A stretch of DNA of 64,000 nucleotides from an uncultured virus (IMG/VR IMGVR_UViG_3300009667_000002) (lineage: Duplodnaviria; Heunggongvirae; Uroviricota; Caudoviricetes): positions 1 to 64,000 of the IMG/VR virus record IMGVR_UViG_3300009667_000002; one strand, written 5' to 3'. Of the stretch, positions 29,935 through 39,538 are shown in pieces (position 1 is the stretch's first letter; every line of letters starts with the position of its first letter). Made by a program: the position numbers and the translations under genes. A model generated the notes under the pieces. That model searched no databases. It was not told the origin of the DNA and saw only the letters and a list, made by a program, of their open reading frames with translations.

Positions 29935-32900
29935 ATGAATGAATTTAAAATCTCTAATTTTTTAAAGGAATTAAATAATATCAATAGTTTTGCTAATAGA
30001 ATAAAATATGCAGATAATAATTTAACAAGAATTGGTGGTGGTAGTGGTAGAATTGTATATGAATTAAACGATACTAAAGTATTAAAATTAGCAAAAAATC
30101 AAAAAGGTGTTGCACAAAATAATGTAGAGTTTGATTTAGGTAAAAATTATGATTTTAAGGATATTATAACAATGGTTTTTGAATTTTCTGATGATTATAC
30201 TTGGATTATATCAGAAAAGGCTAAAAAAGTGACCGAAAAAAGAATAAAAGAATTAACAGGAATTCCAAATTTATGGTTATTATCTCAATATTTGGTGAAT
30301 AAAGAATTGGAAAATGAAAACAAAAAAAGAATTTATAAAATTGACCAATCTGATATTGATAAATTGTCAAATAATGATTTTGTAATTGATTTAACAAATT
30401 TAATGTATTGTTTTGGTATTGGTTTAGGTGATACTAATAGACCTAGTACGTTTGGTGAGGTAATGCGTAATGGTAAACCAAAGATTGTTATGGTAGATTA
30501 TGGTTTAAATAAAGAAGTTTATGACACACATTATAGTCCAAATAGGAAACAAAAAATTAAAATGTATGAACTTTATAATTTTAATGATGGTAATGATGAT
30601 ATATTATCAGATGACAATGGAACAAACGATATTAAATATAGTAATTGGGCATTAATACCTCAAGATATTGGAAGTGGTAATGGTGAAATAAATGAACGTT
30701 TTATTTCTTTTGTCGAAAATAGAAATGAATATCCGAATAAACCAGTATCTAATATTGGCGTGTTGTGTGATGAATTTTATAATTGTATTAATAATTTGAA
30801 CGAAACATTAGACAGTGTTAAAAACAAAAAACAATTTTTTGAAAAATTTTTAAAACTTCAAGAATATTTAATATCCCAAAATTGTTATAATAGAGATAAA
30901 ATAGAACTTCATGAAGAATATGATTTTAAAAATGTTAAATTAGATAATATTCCACCAGTTAAGAAATTTTCAATAAAGGATGAAAATTATGCTAAAGAAA
31001 TTGTATCGGAAGTTGGTAAAAAGTTAGGTTTTACAATAGTAAAATCATTGAAAGGTGGTTCATATGGTTATGCCTTTATAATTAGTGATGGTAATGTTTT
31101 TAAATTAACAACAGATGTTGGTGAAGCAGATGGGGCATCTATTTTAAGAAGAAATAATCCTAAAAACATAGTTTGGGTATATAATGTTTATAAAATAGTT
31201 GATACTGAAAATAATATGTCGTTTTATGGAATTATTGAAGAAAATATTGAAAATAAACCAAAAGAAATATTTTATTCATATTATAGAGCAATAGATAAAA
31301 TTAAACCAAATAATATGTCAACTGCTGATTTTTTAATTAAAATGAAAAAAAGAAATTTTGATTACAATGATATGAATGAAATAAAAAATTTATTAGGTGG
31401 AATTTTAAATCAAAATAAAGAAGCAGATATTCCAATTGAAACAAGAAAAGCAGCATATAAATATATGATGGGTATATTATTAATAAAAAAAGAATTAATG
31501 GATTTGGGTATTAAGTCTAATGATTATGGTAATCCTGAAAATATAGGATATGATGAAAATGGTGTGTTAAAATTTTTTGATTTTGGTGATTATCGTGCGA
31601 ATGAACCTAATCTTGAAAAATTTTTAATTTTGTTGCCAGAAAATGAAAACGTTATTAATGAAACATATGATATAAATCTTGCAAATAGAATTGCAAATCA
31701 AGTTGTTAATAAACTTAATTTAAAAAATTTAAAGTATATTGATGGTGGTAATTTTGGTGTTGCCTATGAAGTTAATAATAATATGATTTTGAAAATAACT
31801 AAAGATAGAAGTGAAGCCGTTGAAAATTTTAATTTAATTGGTAAAAATTTAGAAAGAATTGCAAAACCATATAATGTATATGAAATAAAATCAAAAACAG
31901 AAAAAATACCAGAAACATATGCGATATTATTAGAAAAATTAAAAGTTACTTCAGAAATTGAAAGAAAATACAATCGTTTAAATTATGTTTTTTCTAAATT
32001 ATTTAATGTTGATGTTTCTGAAGTGGTTGAAGAATATTTAGGATTTAATTCGGGTTGGATTAGAAAAATTGATATTTATAATTATTTTAAAAAAAATCCC
32101 GAAGATGTTGATTTTTTTCGTGAAATAACAGAAATTGCAAAAGAATGTCATGAATTGGGAATATCTAGTTTGGATTTTTATAATTGGAAAAATTTAGGAT
32201 ATAAAAAAGATGGAAAATTAGGTTTTTTTGATATTGGTTTTGGTGATGGTTTTTTAGTTCCTAATAATTTACAAAATATTGAAATTGATGAAGTTTTTGG
32301 TGGTTCTTCTTTATATTCTACAACAAATACTGTGAGTGATGATAATAAACCAACATATAATCAAATTGATAGTTCAGACCCAATAGATAATAATATCATA
32401 AGAAACACTAATGAATTATCGGAAAGGCAAATTTCTGCAATGAAGGATAGTAGTAGTGTTGAAGTAAAAAAGAAATGTAAATTAGGTGGTTTGGGAAATA
32501 AAAGTATTGCTTGTAATCAAGGCGATATTAACAATTTAATTATTAAACCAATTGAAGAAATTTTTTATAGATTTTCCAATAATATTAATGAAGAAATTGA
32601 TGCAAGTGAAGCATATGATGTTGAAGGTGCGATAATGACAATTATTAATGGAAAAAGAAATGTTGGATTGGTGTCTTTTCATAAGAACCAAAATCTAAAA
32701 AATTTTGTGATTAATTCGGGTTTAAATATAATACCTGTAAAACAAGAACAACAAAATGCAAATACATCAATAATATATTGTGATGGGTATGAAAAACAAG
32801 CAAATATGTTACATGATATAATGAAATCACATGGTGGATATCTTTCAGATAAAACACCAAAAGAAGCCTATATAATTGGAAGATTATTGGGTTATACAAA

Positions 32901-33492
32901 TGATTCTATTTTAAGATATATTTATAAAAAATATCCACATATTCGAAAAGATTATTCACAAAGATATAGTGGGTCAACAATGAATGAGAATTTAACAGAT
33001 AGTAAAATTTTAGTACCAATACGTGACCATGTTGGATGGATTACACCAGATGGTAAATTTATAGAAGGTGGTCATTTACAAGTAATGTTGAATATATATC
33101 GTATTAAATATAAAAATAATTATGATTTTGATGAAACAAAAAAAATATACGATATGGCTATTAATGATGGTTATACAAGAATAGTTTTTAATTCTGGTGG
33201 TAGTCTTGGTGATATATTAGATATTCAAACATTGAACAAAAAAAGGTTTAGAGAAATTATATTGGGTGGATATGTTAATACAATAAAAAAACCAGAATCT
33301 CAAATATATTGTGATATTGGTAATTCTGAACATAATAATTATTATGTTTTTAAAATGGATGAAAATAAAGAAGATTTATATTTCTTTTTGTTTTCAAACA
33401 AATCAATAAGAAACATACATGAAAGTATGAAAGAATCAAATCTAAATATAATAAAAAACATACAAGAAGCAAAATTATTATCAATAAATTAA
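29935..33492 (+). CDS. multidomain protein with three protein-kinase-like domains
   Basis: Gly loops GGGSGR/GGSYG/GGNFG; VLK/VFK/ILK lysines; DYG/DFG/DIG motifs. Confidence 0.8.
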   Translation: MNEFKISNFLKELNNINSFANRIKYADNNLTRIGGGSGRIVYELNDTKVLKLAKNQKGVAQNNVEFDLGKNYDFKDIITMVFEFSDDYTWIISEKAKKVTEKRIKELTGIPNLWLLSQYLVNKELENENKKRIYKIDQSDIDKLSNNDFVIDLTNLMYCFGIGLGDTNRPSTFGEVMRNGKPKIVMVDYGLNKEVYDTHYSPNRKQKIKMYELYNFNDGNDDILSDDNGTNDIKYSNWALIPQDIGSGNGEINERFISFVENRNEYPNKPVSNIGVLCDEFYNCINNLNETLDSVKNKKQFFEKFLKLQEYLISQNCYNRDKIELHEEYDFKNVKLDNIPPVKKFSIKDENYAKEIVSEVGKKLGFTIVKSLKGGSYGYAFIISDGNVFKLTTDVGEADGASILRRNNPKNIVWVYNVYKIVDTENNMSFYGIIEENIENKPKEIFYSYYRAIDKIKPNNMSTADFLIKMKKRNFDYNDMNEIKNLLGGILNQNKEADIPIETRKAAYKYMMGILLIKKELMDLGIKSNDYGNPENIGYDENGVLKFFDFGDYRANEPNLEKFLILLPENENVINETYDINLANRIANQVVNKLNLKNLKYIDGGNFGVAYEVNNNMILKITKDRSEAVENFNLIGKNLERIAKPYNVYEIKSKTEKIPETYAILLEKLKVTSEIERKYNRLNYVFSKLFNVDVSEVVEEYLGFNSGWIRKIDIYNYFKKNPEDVDFFREITEIAKECHELGISSLDFYNWKNLGYKKDGKLGFFDIGFGDGFLVPNNLQNIEIDEVFGGSSLYSTTNTVSDDNKPTYNQIDSSDPIDNNIIRNTNELSERQISAMKDSSSVEVKKKCKLGGLGNKSIACNQGDINNLIIKPIEEIFYRFSNNINEEIDASEAYDVEGAIMTIINGKRNVGLVSFHKNQNLKNFVINSGLNIIPVKQEQQNANTSIIYCDGYEKQANMLHDIMKSHGGYLSDKTPKEAYIIGRLLGYTNDSILRYIYKKYPHIRKDYSQRYSGSTMNENLTDSKILVPIRDHVGWITPDGKFIEGGHLQVMLNIYRIKYKNNYDFDETKKIYDMAINDGYTRIVFNSGGSLGDILDIQTLNKKRFREIILGGYVNTIKKPESQIYCDIGNSEHNNYYVFKMDENKEDLYFFLFSNKSIRNIHESMKESNLNIIKNIQEAKLLSIN

Positions 33493-33493
33493 A

Positions 33494-35539
33494 ATGAAAA
33501 TAAGAAATTTCATAAATAAAATTAAACAAAAACCATTTATAGAAGAATTAATTAATAATGGTGGTGATGTTTATTTAGTCGGTGGTGTTGTTAGAGATTT
33601 AATATTAAATAAACCAAACAAGGATATAGATTTAGTTATTCGTAATTTATCTATCGATAAAATTATAGAAATATTAGAAAATTTCGGTAAAGTTGATATT
33701 GTTGGTAAATCGTTTGGTGTTATTAAATTTAATGATGGTAGTGGTATTGATTATGATATTGCATTACCTAGAAAAGAAAGACCAAGTGGTGAAGGTGGTT
33801 ATCGTGGGTTTGATATTCAAAGCAATCCTAATTTATCAATTGAAGATGATTTAATAAGACGTGATGCTAAATTTAATGCAATGGCAATAAATATTAATAA
33901 TAGTAAATTTATTGACCCTTTGGGTGGTTTAAAAGATATTGAAAATAGACAAATTTCTGCTGCAAATCCTGATGCATTTAAAGACGACCCACTTAGAATG
34001 TTAAGAATGATTAGTTTTGGAAGTCGTTTTAAATATGTAATAGAACCAATGACAATGAAAATGATTAGGGATAATGTGGGTAGAATTAAGGAAATTAGTC
34101 CAGAAAGAATATTGATTGAACTTGAAAAAATTGTAACTAAAGGTGATTGTAAAATTGGTGCATTATTACTTAAACAAAGTGGGTTGTTAAAAGAAATTTT
34201 TGGTAATATAAGTGGTAAAATTAAAATATATCGTAAAGATGATAAAATATGGAATAATGTAAAAACTCTTGGTGAATTTATTTTTTTATTGTCTAATAAT
34301 TCAACTAAAATAGCATCTGATTTTTATAAAAATGATTTAAAGGGTGATATTAACACATATAAAGAAATTAAAGGGTTGGAACAAGCCTTTTCAAAAGAAA
34401 TTACAAATAATGTAGAAGCAAGAATGATTGCACATAATATGTATGTAATTTCACCTCAAACATTAAAAAGTCAAATTATACCAGATATATTAAAAAATGC
34501 ATGTCAAGAATTGTTAAATGGTAAATATCCTAAAACAACAATTGAACTTGCTATAAATGGTAATGATTTAATTAGTTTAGGATTAAAAGGTATTGAAATT
34601 GGAAATGCCATGAAGAATTTATTATTAAATATTTATTCTGATAAAATTAATAATAATAAAGAAGAATTAGTTGATTTTTTAAAACAAAAGAAATTTATTA
34701 ATGAAGTCAAAAAAAATGATAACATTGAGTATGGTTGTTTAATGTTGTTTTTTGATATACCTAAATGGAATTATATCACATCATTAATAAAAAAAGAAGA
34801 TATTTACGATTTAGATGGATATGGTATTGAAAATGAACCACATGTTACAATATTATATGGGTTTCATGATGATGTTAAACCAAATGTTCTTTTTGATGAA
34901 ATAAAAAACAATTTTAATTTAAAACCAATAGAAATAAAAATAAATGAAATTTCAATTTTTGAAAATTCTGATTATGATGTTGTGAAATTTGATGTTGATT
35001 CTGATGATTTAGTTGAAATTAATAAATTTATTAAAAAATTTCCACATACATCAGATTATTCAGATTATAAACCACATATGACAATTTCTTATGTGAAAAG
35101 GGGTATGGGAAAAAAATACATAAAAAAATTAAAAAAAACATATTCATTATTTGGTAATAAATTGGTGTATTCAGATAAAAATAAGAATAAAGATATTTTA
35201 AATTTAAATTCTTTGAATGAAGAAAAAAAATCTAAATATAGTAGAACAAAAGAATCAATATTAAAATCCAAAACAATATCAAAAGAAATGAAAGAAAGAA
35301 TTTTACAATATTTGGGTGGTGGTAGTACATATAAAACAATTCCTTCTTATGGTGGTATTGTTTTAGGATTGAATAAACCTGAAGAATTTTTAAATAAAAC
35401 AAAAAAATCTAATGGTGTTTCATTAGGTGCGGATAAAAGGGGCTTTTTTTGTTATACACATCGTGCATCATCAAAAAGATATGAAACACCAGAAAAAATA
35501 CCAGTAAAACAAATTGAATTTATTGAATCAACAGGTTGA
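33494..35539 (+). CDS. cca: class II tRNA nucleotidyltransferase (CCA-adding) fused to an Acb1/57B-like 2H phosphoesterase
   Basis: VGGVVRD..KDIDL, RRD..NAMA, DPLRMLR; then PHVT...DYKPHMTISY. Confidence 0.85.
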   Translation: MKIRNFINKIKQKPFIEELINNGGDVYLVGGVVRDLILNKPNKDIDLVIRNLSIDKIIEILENFGKVDIVGKSFGVIKFNDGSGIDYDIALPRKERPSGEGGYRGFDIQSNPNLSIEDDLIRRDAKFNAMAININNSKFIDPLGGLKDIENRQISAANPDAFKDDPLRMLRMISFGSRFKYVIEPMTMKMIRDNVGRIKEISPERILIELEKIVTKGDCKIGALLLKQSGLLKEIFGNISGKIKIYRKDDKIWNNVKTLGEFIFLLSNNSTKIASDFYKNDLKGDINTYKEIKGLEQAFSKEITNNVEARMIAHNMYVISPQTLKSQIIPDILKNACQELLNGKYPKTTIELAINGNDLISLGLKGIEIGNAMKNLLLNIYSDKINNNKEELVDFLKQKKFINEVKKNDNIEYGCLMLFFDIPKWNYITSLIKKEDIYDLDGYGIENEPHVTILYGFHDDVKPNVLFDEIKNNFNLKPIEIKINEISIFENSDYDVVKFDVDSDDLVEINKFIKKFPHTSDYSDYKPHMTISYVKRGMGKKYIKKLKKTYSLFGNKLVYSDKNKNKDILNLNSLNEEKKSKYSRTKESILKSKTISKEMKERILQYLGGGSTYKTIPSYGGIVLGLNKPEEFLNKTKKSNGVSLGADKRGFFCYTHRASSKRYETPEKIPVKQIEFIESTG

Positions 35540-35590
35540 TATTGTAACATTTTTTTATTATTTTCGTATATAGTTAAATAATTATTAAAA

Positions 35591-35598
35591 GTATTTAT
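35591..35598 (+). promoter_or_regulatory. putative late promoter GTATTTAT
   Basis: Recurrent motif; a TTG-N20-TATTTTCG host-type promoter candidate also lies at 35536-35566. Confidence 0.5.
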
Positions 35599-35599
35599 T

Positions 35600-35788
35600 A
35601 TGAAACAAGCAAAATTAATTACACCTTTAAATATTGCAAAAGTGTTAGGTGTTGAAAAAGAATATAAAAGTATTCTCATTGATGAAAGTTTAAAAACCAC
35701 TTACAATGATTTTATGAATAGTGATTTTGAAAACGAAAAAAATAACACTGATTTAAATATTAATATTAATGAAAAAAATTCTAAATGA
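35600..35788 (+). CDS. 62 aa paralog of the C-terminal tail of the downstream gene
   Basis: AKLITPLNIAKVLGVEKEY vs AKKVAPIDVAKILGVEDEY. Confidence 0.55.
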   Translation: MKQAKLITPLNIAKVLGVEKEYKSILIDESLKTTYNDFMNSDFENEKNNTDLNININEKNSK

Positions 35789-37304
35789 AGCATTTAAAGT
35801 TAGTAAAAAGTATGATTTAAAAGGAAATCCTATTGCATATATAGACCCCAATTTACCTGAAAACACAGAAACATTTAAATATAAAGATATATTTAAAAAA
35901 CATGGTGCTAAATGGGATTCTAATGGAAAATTTTGGTTTTGGTATATTGGAAAAACAGAAGACCAATGGAGAAATGTTTACAAGCGTTTTATTGAACCAG
36001 CGTTAAAAGAAGTACATGGATTGGAAGGGGCATCGGAAGATGATAGCAAAGCATCTTTAATAGCATCGTTAGATGATATTGTGGGTGAAATAAAATCAGC
36101 AGAAACATCATCGAATATCGAAGATGGTACTATAACAGATGAAGAAAAAAAGAAAATTATCGATAAACTTAATGGATTTAAAGAAACAATTGTTAATCTT
36201 GATAATGATGAAGAATTTAAAAAAACAATGCAAATTATAAGTAGTTTTAAAAACGCACAAGGTCATCAATATAGTTTTAGGAATTCAATACTTATTTGGT
36301 TACAAAACCCAGAAGCAAGATTAGTAAAAAGTGAATATAATTGGAATAAATTTAATAGGGAAATTATTGATAAAACTAAAAGAATGATAATTTGTTCACC
36401 CGCTAAAAGTGCATTAAGACAATATAGTAAAGAAGAAAAGGTTAAAATTATTAAAAATTTTTTAATTTCTGTTAATAAGAAAAAATATGAAGATTTAAAT
36501 GCTGGTGAAAAAGAAAGATTGGGTGTTGAATTACGTGGTAAATTTGTTAAACATAATTTTGAATATACTCCTGTTTATGATGTATCTAACACAAAACAAA
36601 TGGAAGGTAAAGAAAATTTATTGGGTGATTATGAAAATTTTAATGAAATTAAATGGTTTGAGGAAGATATGATTTCTGAAGAAGTTAAACCCATTTATAA
36701 TGCATTATTAAATTTTTGTAATGATAACGGTATTGAAATAAGAATGGTGGATGATTTGGGTGGTGCTAGGGGTTCTAGTGGTGGTGGATATATTAAATTA
36801 TTAAAAAATGAAGGTAATGATGTTGGTATTACTAAAACATTAGCACATGAAATAAGCCATGAATTGTTACATCAAACATATTTAAAAAATAAAAAATCTG
36901 AATTTGCCCGATATTTTGTTGGTACTTCTGAAGGTCGTGAATTAGTAGAACAACAAGCAGAATTATCTGCATGGATGATATTGGCATCATATGGTTTTGA
37001 TTTAAAAACAACATCTTTCAATTATGTTGCAATTTGGGGTGCTGATAAAGATGCAATGATTAGAGTGTTTGATACGGTAACTGGTGTTGTTAATTTATTA
37101 TTAAATTATATTAATAAACAACTGGAAGTTGTCACAGAAAGTGATAATAATATTAAATTAAGACCAGCAAAAAAAGTTGCACCAATAGATGTTGCAAAAA
37201 TTTTGGGTGTTGAAGATGAATATCTTGATGTTTTAGAACAAAATAAAAATAAATTAAATGAATCTTTTTACGGATTATTAAAAAGAATGAATGGATATAA
37301 ATGA
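35769..37304 (+). CDS. ArdC-N ssDNA-binding plus zincin metallopeptidase (polyvalent-protein type)
   Basis: YSFRNSILIWLQNP..W...R..VYDVSNT; TLAHEISHELLH..EQQAE. Confidence 0.8.
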   Translation: MKKILNEAFKVSKKYDLKGNPIAYIDPNLPENTETFKYKDIFKKHGAKWDSNGKFWFWYIGKTEDQWRNVYKRFIEPALKEVHGLEGASEDDSKASLIASLDDIVGEIKSAETSSNIEDGTITDEEKKKIIDKLNGFKETIVNLDNDEEFKKTMQIISSFKNAQGHQYSFRNSILIWLQNPEARLVKSEYNWNKFNREIIDKTKRMIICSPAKSALRQYSKEEKVKIIKNFLISVNKKKYEDLNAGEKERLGVELRGKFVKHNFEYTPVYDVSNTKQMEGKENLLGDYENFNEIKWFEEDMISEEVKPIYNALLNFCNDNGIEIRMVDDLGGARGSSGGGYIKLLKNEGNDVGITKTLAHEISHELLHQTYLKNKKSEFARYFVGTSEGRELVEQQAELSAWMILASYGFDLKTTSFNYVAIWGADKDAMIRVFDTVTGVVNLLLNYINKQLEVVTESDNNIKLRPAKKVAPIDVAKILGVEDEYLDVLEQNKNKLNESFYGLLKRMNGYK

Positions 37305-37684
37305 GTAATGTTCTTTATAGTGCAGTTGTTCTTGATGAAAATTCAAGAAACAAATTAATTAATAGATTTAAAAATGAAATACCTGAAGATTGGGAAATTA
37401 TTGCACATCATATGACCATTAATCTTGGTGAAATTAGTCCCGAATATGAAAAATATTTAGGTATGACTGTACGTTTAAGTGTAAATACTATTGCAATGGA
37501 CGATAAAGTTATTGCTGTTGGAGTAAGTGGTTTTCCTAGTAAAAATAAAATACCACACATAACATTAGGAGTAAATCGTAAAAATGATGGAGTACCCAAA
37601 TTATCAAACAACTTAGTAAATTGGAAGTTACTTAAAAGACCGTTTAATATTGTTGGTAGAGTTACTGAAATAAAATTTGAATAA
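37301..37684 (+). CDS. 2H phosphoesterase (tRNA-ligase CPDase-like)
   Basis: HHMT and PHIT motifs. Confidence 0.75.
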   Translation: MSNVLYSAVVLDENSRNKLINRFKNEIPEDWEIIAHHMTINLGEISPEYEKYLGMTVRLSVNTIAMDDKVIAVGVSGFPSKNKIPHITLGVNRKNDGVPKLSNNLVNWKLLKRPFNIVGRVTEIKFE

Positions 37685-37693
37685 TATTATTAT

Positions 37694-38257
37694 ATGTTAA
37701 TAGAAAATTTAGAAGCATTTGATTTTGATGGTACATTATTTCAAACACCAGAACCAGAATATGGTAAAAGGTATTGGTCTGAATATTATAATAAAGAATA
37801 TCCATATTTAGGTTGGTGGGGTAGAAGTGAAAGTTTAGATTTAAATGTTTTTGATATTAAACCCATTCAATCAGTATTAAATCAATTAAAAGATGCAATA
37901 AATAAACCAAATACTTATGTTATTATTTTAACTTCAAGAATTGAAAGATTAAGACCTTATGTTCAAAAAATTTTGGATGTTAATAATATTAATGTTGATT
38001 ATTTAGATATGAAAAACAATGATTTAGATAAAGGTAATAGAATTTTAAAATACATTAATAAATATCCAAATTTAAAAACAATTAGCGTTTATGACGATAG
38101 GGATGTCGATATAATTTCTTATAAAAATATAAAAAAAGAAATATCTAATAACATTTTGTTTAATATTTATAAAATTATTGATGAAAATATTATTTTAGTT
38201 GAATCTAAATATAATCTTTTGAATATAATTAATGAAGAAATTATAAAATTAAAATAA
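37694..38257 (+). CDS. HAD-family phosphatase (RNA-repair type)
   Basis: FDFDGTLFQTP, LTSR, K, YDDR. Confidence 0.8.
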   Translation: MLIENLEAFDFDGTLFQTPEPEYGKRYWSEYYNKEYPYLGWWGRSESLDLNVFDIKPIQSVLNQLKDAINKPNTYVIILTSRIERLRPYVQKILDVNNINVDYLDMKNNDLDKGNRILKYINKYPNLKTISVYDDRDVDIISYKNIKKEISNNILFNIYKIIDENIILVESKYNLLNIINEEIIKLK

Positions 38258-38259
38258 CA

Positions 38260-38267
38260 CTATTTAT
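38260..38267 (+). promoter_or_regulatory. putative late promoter CTATTTAT
   Basis: Recurrent motif. Confidence 0.55.
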
Positions 38268-38286
38268 TAATATATGAATTATAAAA

Positions 38287-39063
38287 ATGAATAAAATTTT
38301 ACAAATATCAACACCATATAATATAATGATTGATGGATTAAACAATAATAATATTCAATATAATGAAATGGATATTAATCCAAACATATTAAAACCAACA
38401 AAACCATATATTGTTTCAAAATATTCTAATAATACTATTAATGATAAAAAAAACCCAATTTGGGTTGATAAAGACTTAAACATTTTGGATGGTCATTATA
38501 AATGGGTTAATGGATTATCAAATAATTCAATGGTTTATATAATTAAACTTAATTTAGATTTTTTAGATAGTTGTAAAATTTTAAATAAAATACAAGATAT
38601 TTTTGAATATAAAGAATTGCAAAATTTAGAAGAAATTGTATCTCAAGATACTATTAATTTTTATCAAGATGATGATACACAATTTTTAAATTCTTTAGAA
38701 TCTTCCAATATGGAATATGATAAAAATCCAATAGTTTTGTATGGATATAGAAAAAAACCTATTAAAGAAAATTCACAAAATGGTAATTTTTTCTTATCTT
38801 CACCAATTGATGGTTTTGATAAATATCAAATTGAATTTGATAATTTGTTTGATATGGATAATAATGGTATTTCATATAAAAATGGTCAAAATTTAGTTGA
38901 TATTTTATCTAAATTTTGGTTTCCAAATGTGAATTTTAAAGAATTGAATAAAGAATCAAATATTAATTCTGATAGAATTAAAGAAAGAGCAATAATATTA
39001 AAAGCAAAATCATTGGGTTTTGATGGAATTAAATTAAATAACATAATTTGGGGTTTAAAATAA
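38287..39063 (+). CDS. ParB/Srx-like domain plus possible ART-like C-terminal domain
   Basis: PIWV....ILDGHYKW; C-terminal GNFF...AKSLGFDGI. Confidence 0.5.
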   Translation: MNKILQISTPYNIMIDGLNNNNIQYNEMDINPNILKPTKPYIVSKYSNNTINDKKNPIWVDKDLNILDGHYKWVNGLSNNSMVYIIKLNLDFLDSCKILNKIQDIFEYKELQNLEEIVSQDTINFYQDDDTQFLNSLESSNMEYDKNPIVLYGYRKKPIKENSQNGNFFLSSPIDGFDKYQIEFDNLFDMDNNGISYKNGQNLVDILSKFWFPNVNFKELNKESNINSDRIKERAIILKAKSLGFDGIKLNNIIWGLK

Positions 39064-39077
39064 TAGGAGATATAAAC

Positions 39078-39452
39078 ATGAAAACATTTAAAATAACCAA
39101 TATAACACATTTATTGGATAAAAATAGTTTAAATTATAATAAAAATTTAATCATTGAATATATTGATGGTATATACGAAAAAAAAACAGAAATTAAACCA
39201 AAGGAAGATTTGTTTCTAAAAACAAATTTCTTAACAATCTCAATACGTAGATTAAGAATAAAAGGTTTAATTTCTGTAATTGAAGTGAATGATTATGATA
39301 TTAATCTTTATGAAAAAAAGAAATCGAATAAAAAAATTTTACAAAAAACTGAAAAGGAAAATAAAAAAGATAAAAATAAAACAACAAACAATATTGTAGA
39401 ATCTAAAGACAATAAAACCATTTCAGAAACAAAAACAAAAAATAAAAAATAA
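39078..39452 (+). CDS. hypothetical protein, Lys-rich tail
   Basis: ATG at 39078 preceded by AGGAGA. Confidence 0.6.
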   Translation: MKTFKITNITHLLDKNSLNYNKNLIIEYIDGIYEKKTEIKPKEDLFLKTNFLTISIRRLRIKGLISVIEVNDYDINLYEKKKSNKKILQKTEKENKKDKNKTTNNIVESKDNKTISETKTKNKK

Positions 39453-39538
39453 GAATATTTTTTCATATTTCATTTTTTTTATATATTTTTACGTATTTAA
39501 ATATAAATTATATTTTTTTGTAAAAATTTATAAAAAAC

